Origin: a bacterium
Lineage (GTDB): Bacteria; Zhuqueibacterota; Zhuqueibacteria; Residuimicrobiales; Krinioviventaceae
Reading direction: 5' to 3'
Length of the DNA stretch: 64,000 bases
NCBI GenBank assembly: GCA_963675755.2
Contig: CAXXMD010000003.1
Span: 128,001 to 192,000 of the forward strand
Each line of letters starts with the position of its first letter. Positions within the stretch are counted from its first letter, which is position 1. Positions 63,801 through 64,000 of this stretch are shown piece by piece. Below the pieces are notes generated by a model that did no database searches, was not told where the DNA came from, and saw nothing but the letters and a program-made list of their open reading frames with translations. The translations under genes were made by a program, and so were the position numbers.

Positions 63801-64000
63801 AATCCGTTCTCATGTCACATTGGAAAGTGGATGACCGATTTACTTCAAAACTGATGCCTTTATTTTATCATTATTATTTAACAAAAAAAATGGACAAAGC
63901 AGATGCGCTAGCAAATGCCAAGAGGGATCTTATTAAATCATCGCAAGAAATAAACGGGGAGCATTACCAGCACCCCTTATACTGGGCTGCATTTACTTTA
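60845..64000 (+). CDS. Exported TPR-CHAT (caspase/HetF-like) protease, runs off the window end (at least 1052 aa)
   Basis: My translation: signal or lipobox MKKLIPTLLLLISSCLAFA; TPR helices; LLEY, VIPDGPLMNLPFEML, ILHLATHA (His 63581), LVTLSACETG (Cys 63722), EGLLGL, WKVDD, HPLYWAAF, all in one frame. Confidence 0.92.
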   Translation, partial: MKKLIPTLLLLISSCLAFANQDNVEYYDFLQTLQGLSDSTQLEHTLNYLYDHPDFWKIYEKAYRLFTYTGQKEKAYTFYANLVNDKQYSPYANLYLSKLYREDNKADFAKQYFISGLEQRQDYYIISEYAKNYTNSSQIDSIAKSLLDSTQLLMANGMSNYYKAKYTEAIDLLEQVLQHDNNLNLQIMLGYCYIINNQHQQADSVFEAGYNDAIKQYNIDGQIIFLQSLGKLALTQNNYNKAETLLNKALEKSDEIIDYRRKITTFNELGKLKQKQDKTDSSLVYFNLAQSYSDKFKGEIQLAQVLRNGYNFHLHHQYSQAVQCYKESIELIEPNDWNNELRVKSLLVTLYERFGMISLMNQMLAECKVLANENNYISTQKWVELQEIKNQLSLDNLDIQRKNLVKLYNYYLNKGNNNLYGCLHTLAKSYIIEHKYKKAQTFYQLALDQAIKTNNQSKIAYYYARLAFWDIKCDETDKALARLDSAKTIINKIDDSYMARFVYRTTGLAHEKAADYDSALVYYYKAIPHTERLRNKLSAEDLRIGVFSSDASIYQGIARSYLQKYISSNNSSLLDSLYKYEESFRSRALKDRMDNRNIMSGSGKPTNEYSQAMEMISDLQQKLRKQAGTEHTDPEWDQLMGDLEAAKYTLIQQRIFMIDSLKTSQQKDSGTSVQLSEIRKQLEKNNAGLLEYHIDSEISFVLVVTPDTTHTVLLATSQDSLSKKIKKLMSPLHDLQEQDPKIPFYAQTAYQLYAEIFNPIEKEIKLPENLLVIPDGPLMNLPFEMLVTHKPNKAAYTPLDEPDYSNSFLLNQYSLFYSPTSNILKKSGLKLLNRPNMMVFANPFSNVNEISDNVLQYRSRTGWNFQALPFAELEANEISKLTSRVKLYKRQNAIETYFSQNASKYDILHLATHAFVDTSFEAFSGLILASSEDSTNDGILMGYEIEDLDLDCELVTLSACETGRGKNMAAEGLLGLPRLFMGAGAKSVLMSHWKVDDRFTSKLMPLFYHYYLTKKMDKADALANAKRDLIKSSQEINGEHYQHPLYWAAFTL

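Noticed and set aside
58334-64000. Type III-E CRISPR Craspase locus
   Set aside because: No Cas7-11, other cas gene or repeat-spacer array in the window, and the protease has a signal peptide; the resemblance is only an analogy

Overview
Bacterial chromosomal window with no rRNA, tRNA, CRISPR array or transposase recognised. Nine proteins end in a 'L.xNYPNPFNP'-type T9SS/FlgD-like sorting domain, which suggests an FCB-group organism such as KSB1 or Calditrichota (inference). From left to right: (1) 0-15.4 kb, a tandem-duplicated ilvB and a 12-gene ilvBNC-leuAB-cimA-argJ-proC-argCBD-argA operon behind a complete ribosome-mediated attenuator; (2) 15.4-32.7 kb, minus-strand genes including an eIF-2B-like isomerase, an ion transporter, a Trp-repeat/J-domain pair, miaA-mutL, a RelE-type toxin-antitoxin pair, a carboxypeptidase, a CHAD protein, a partial microcompartment locus (aldolase, aldehyde dehydrogenase, three pentamers) and radC; (3) 32.8-53.7 kb, a cluster of large secreted modular proteins sharing two modules I cannot assign, each in six copies; (4) 53.7-57.9 kb, STAS, GIY-YIG nuclease and PPi-type pfk; (5) 58-64 kb, an AT-rich signalling locus. 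That last locus is the best candidate for an undescribed system. It has an ECF-like sigma factor flanked by two outward-facing copies of an identical bipartite motif (AAAGTGTAAGATTTT-N13-CACTATATTAATA). One copy points at a structured G-run-rich ~230-nt putative ncRNA. The other points at a soluble HxxxCxxC anti-sigma-like gene, a membrane TPR anti-sigma-like gene and an unannotated 54-aa GG/Pro-Asp peptide, followed by an exported TPR-CHAT caspase-like protease that the ORF track misses.
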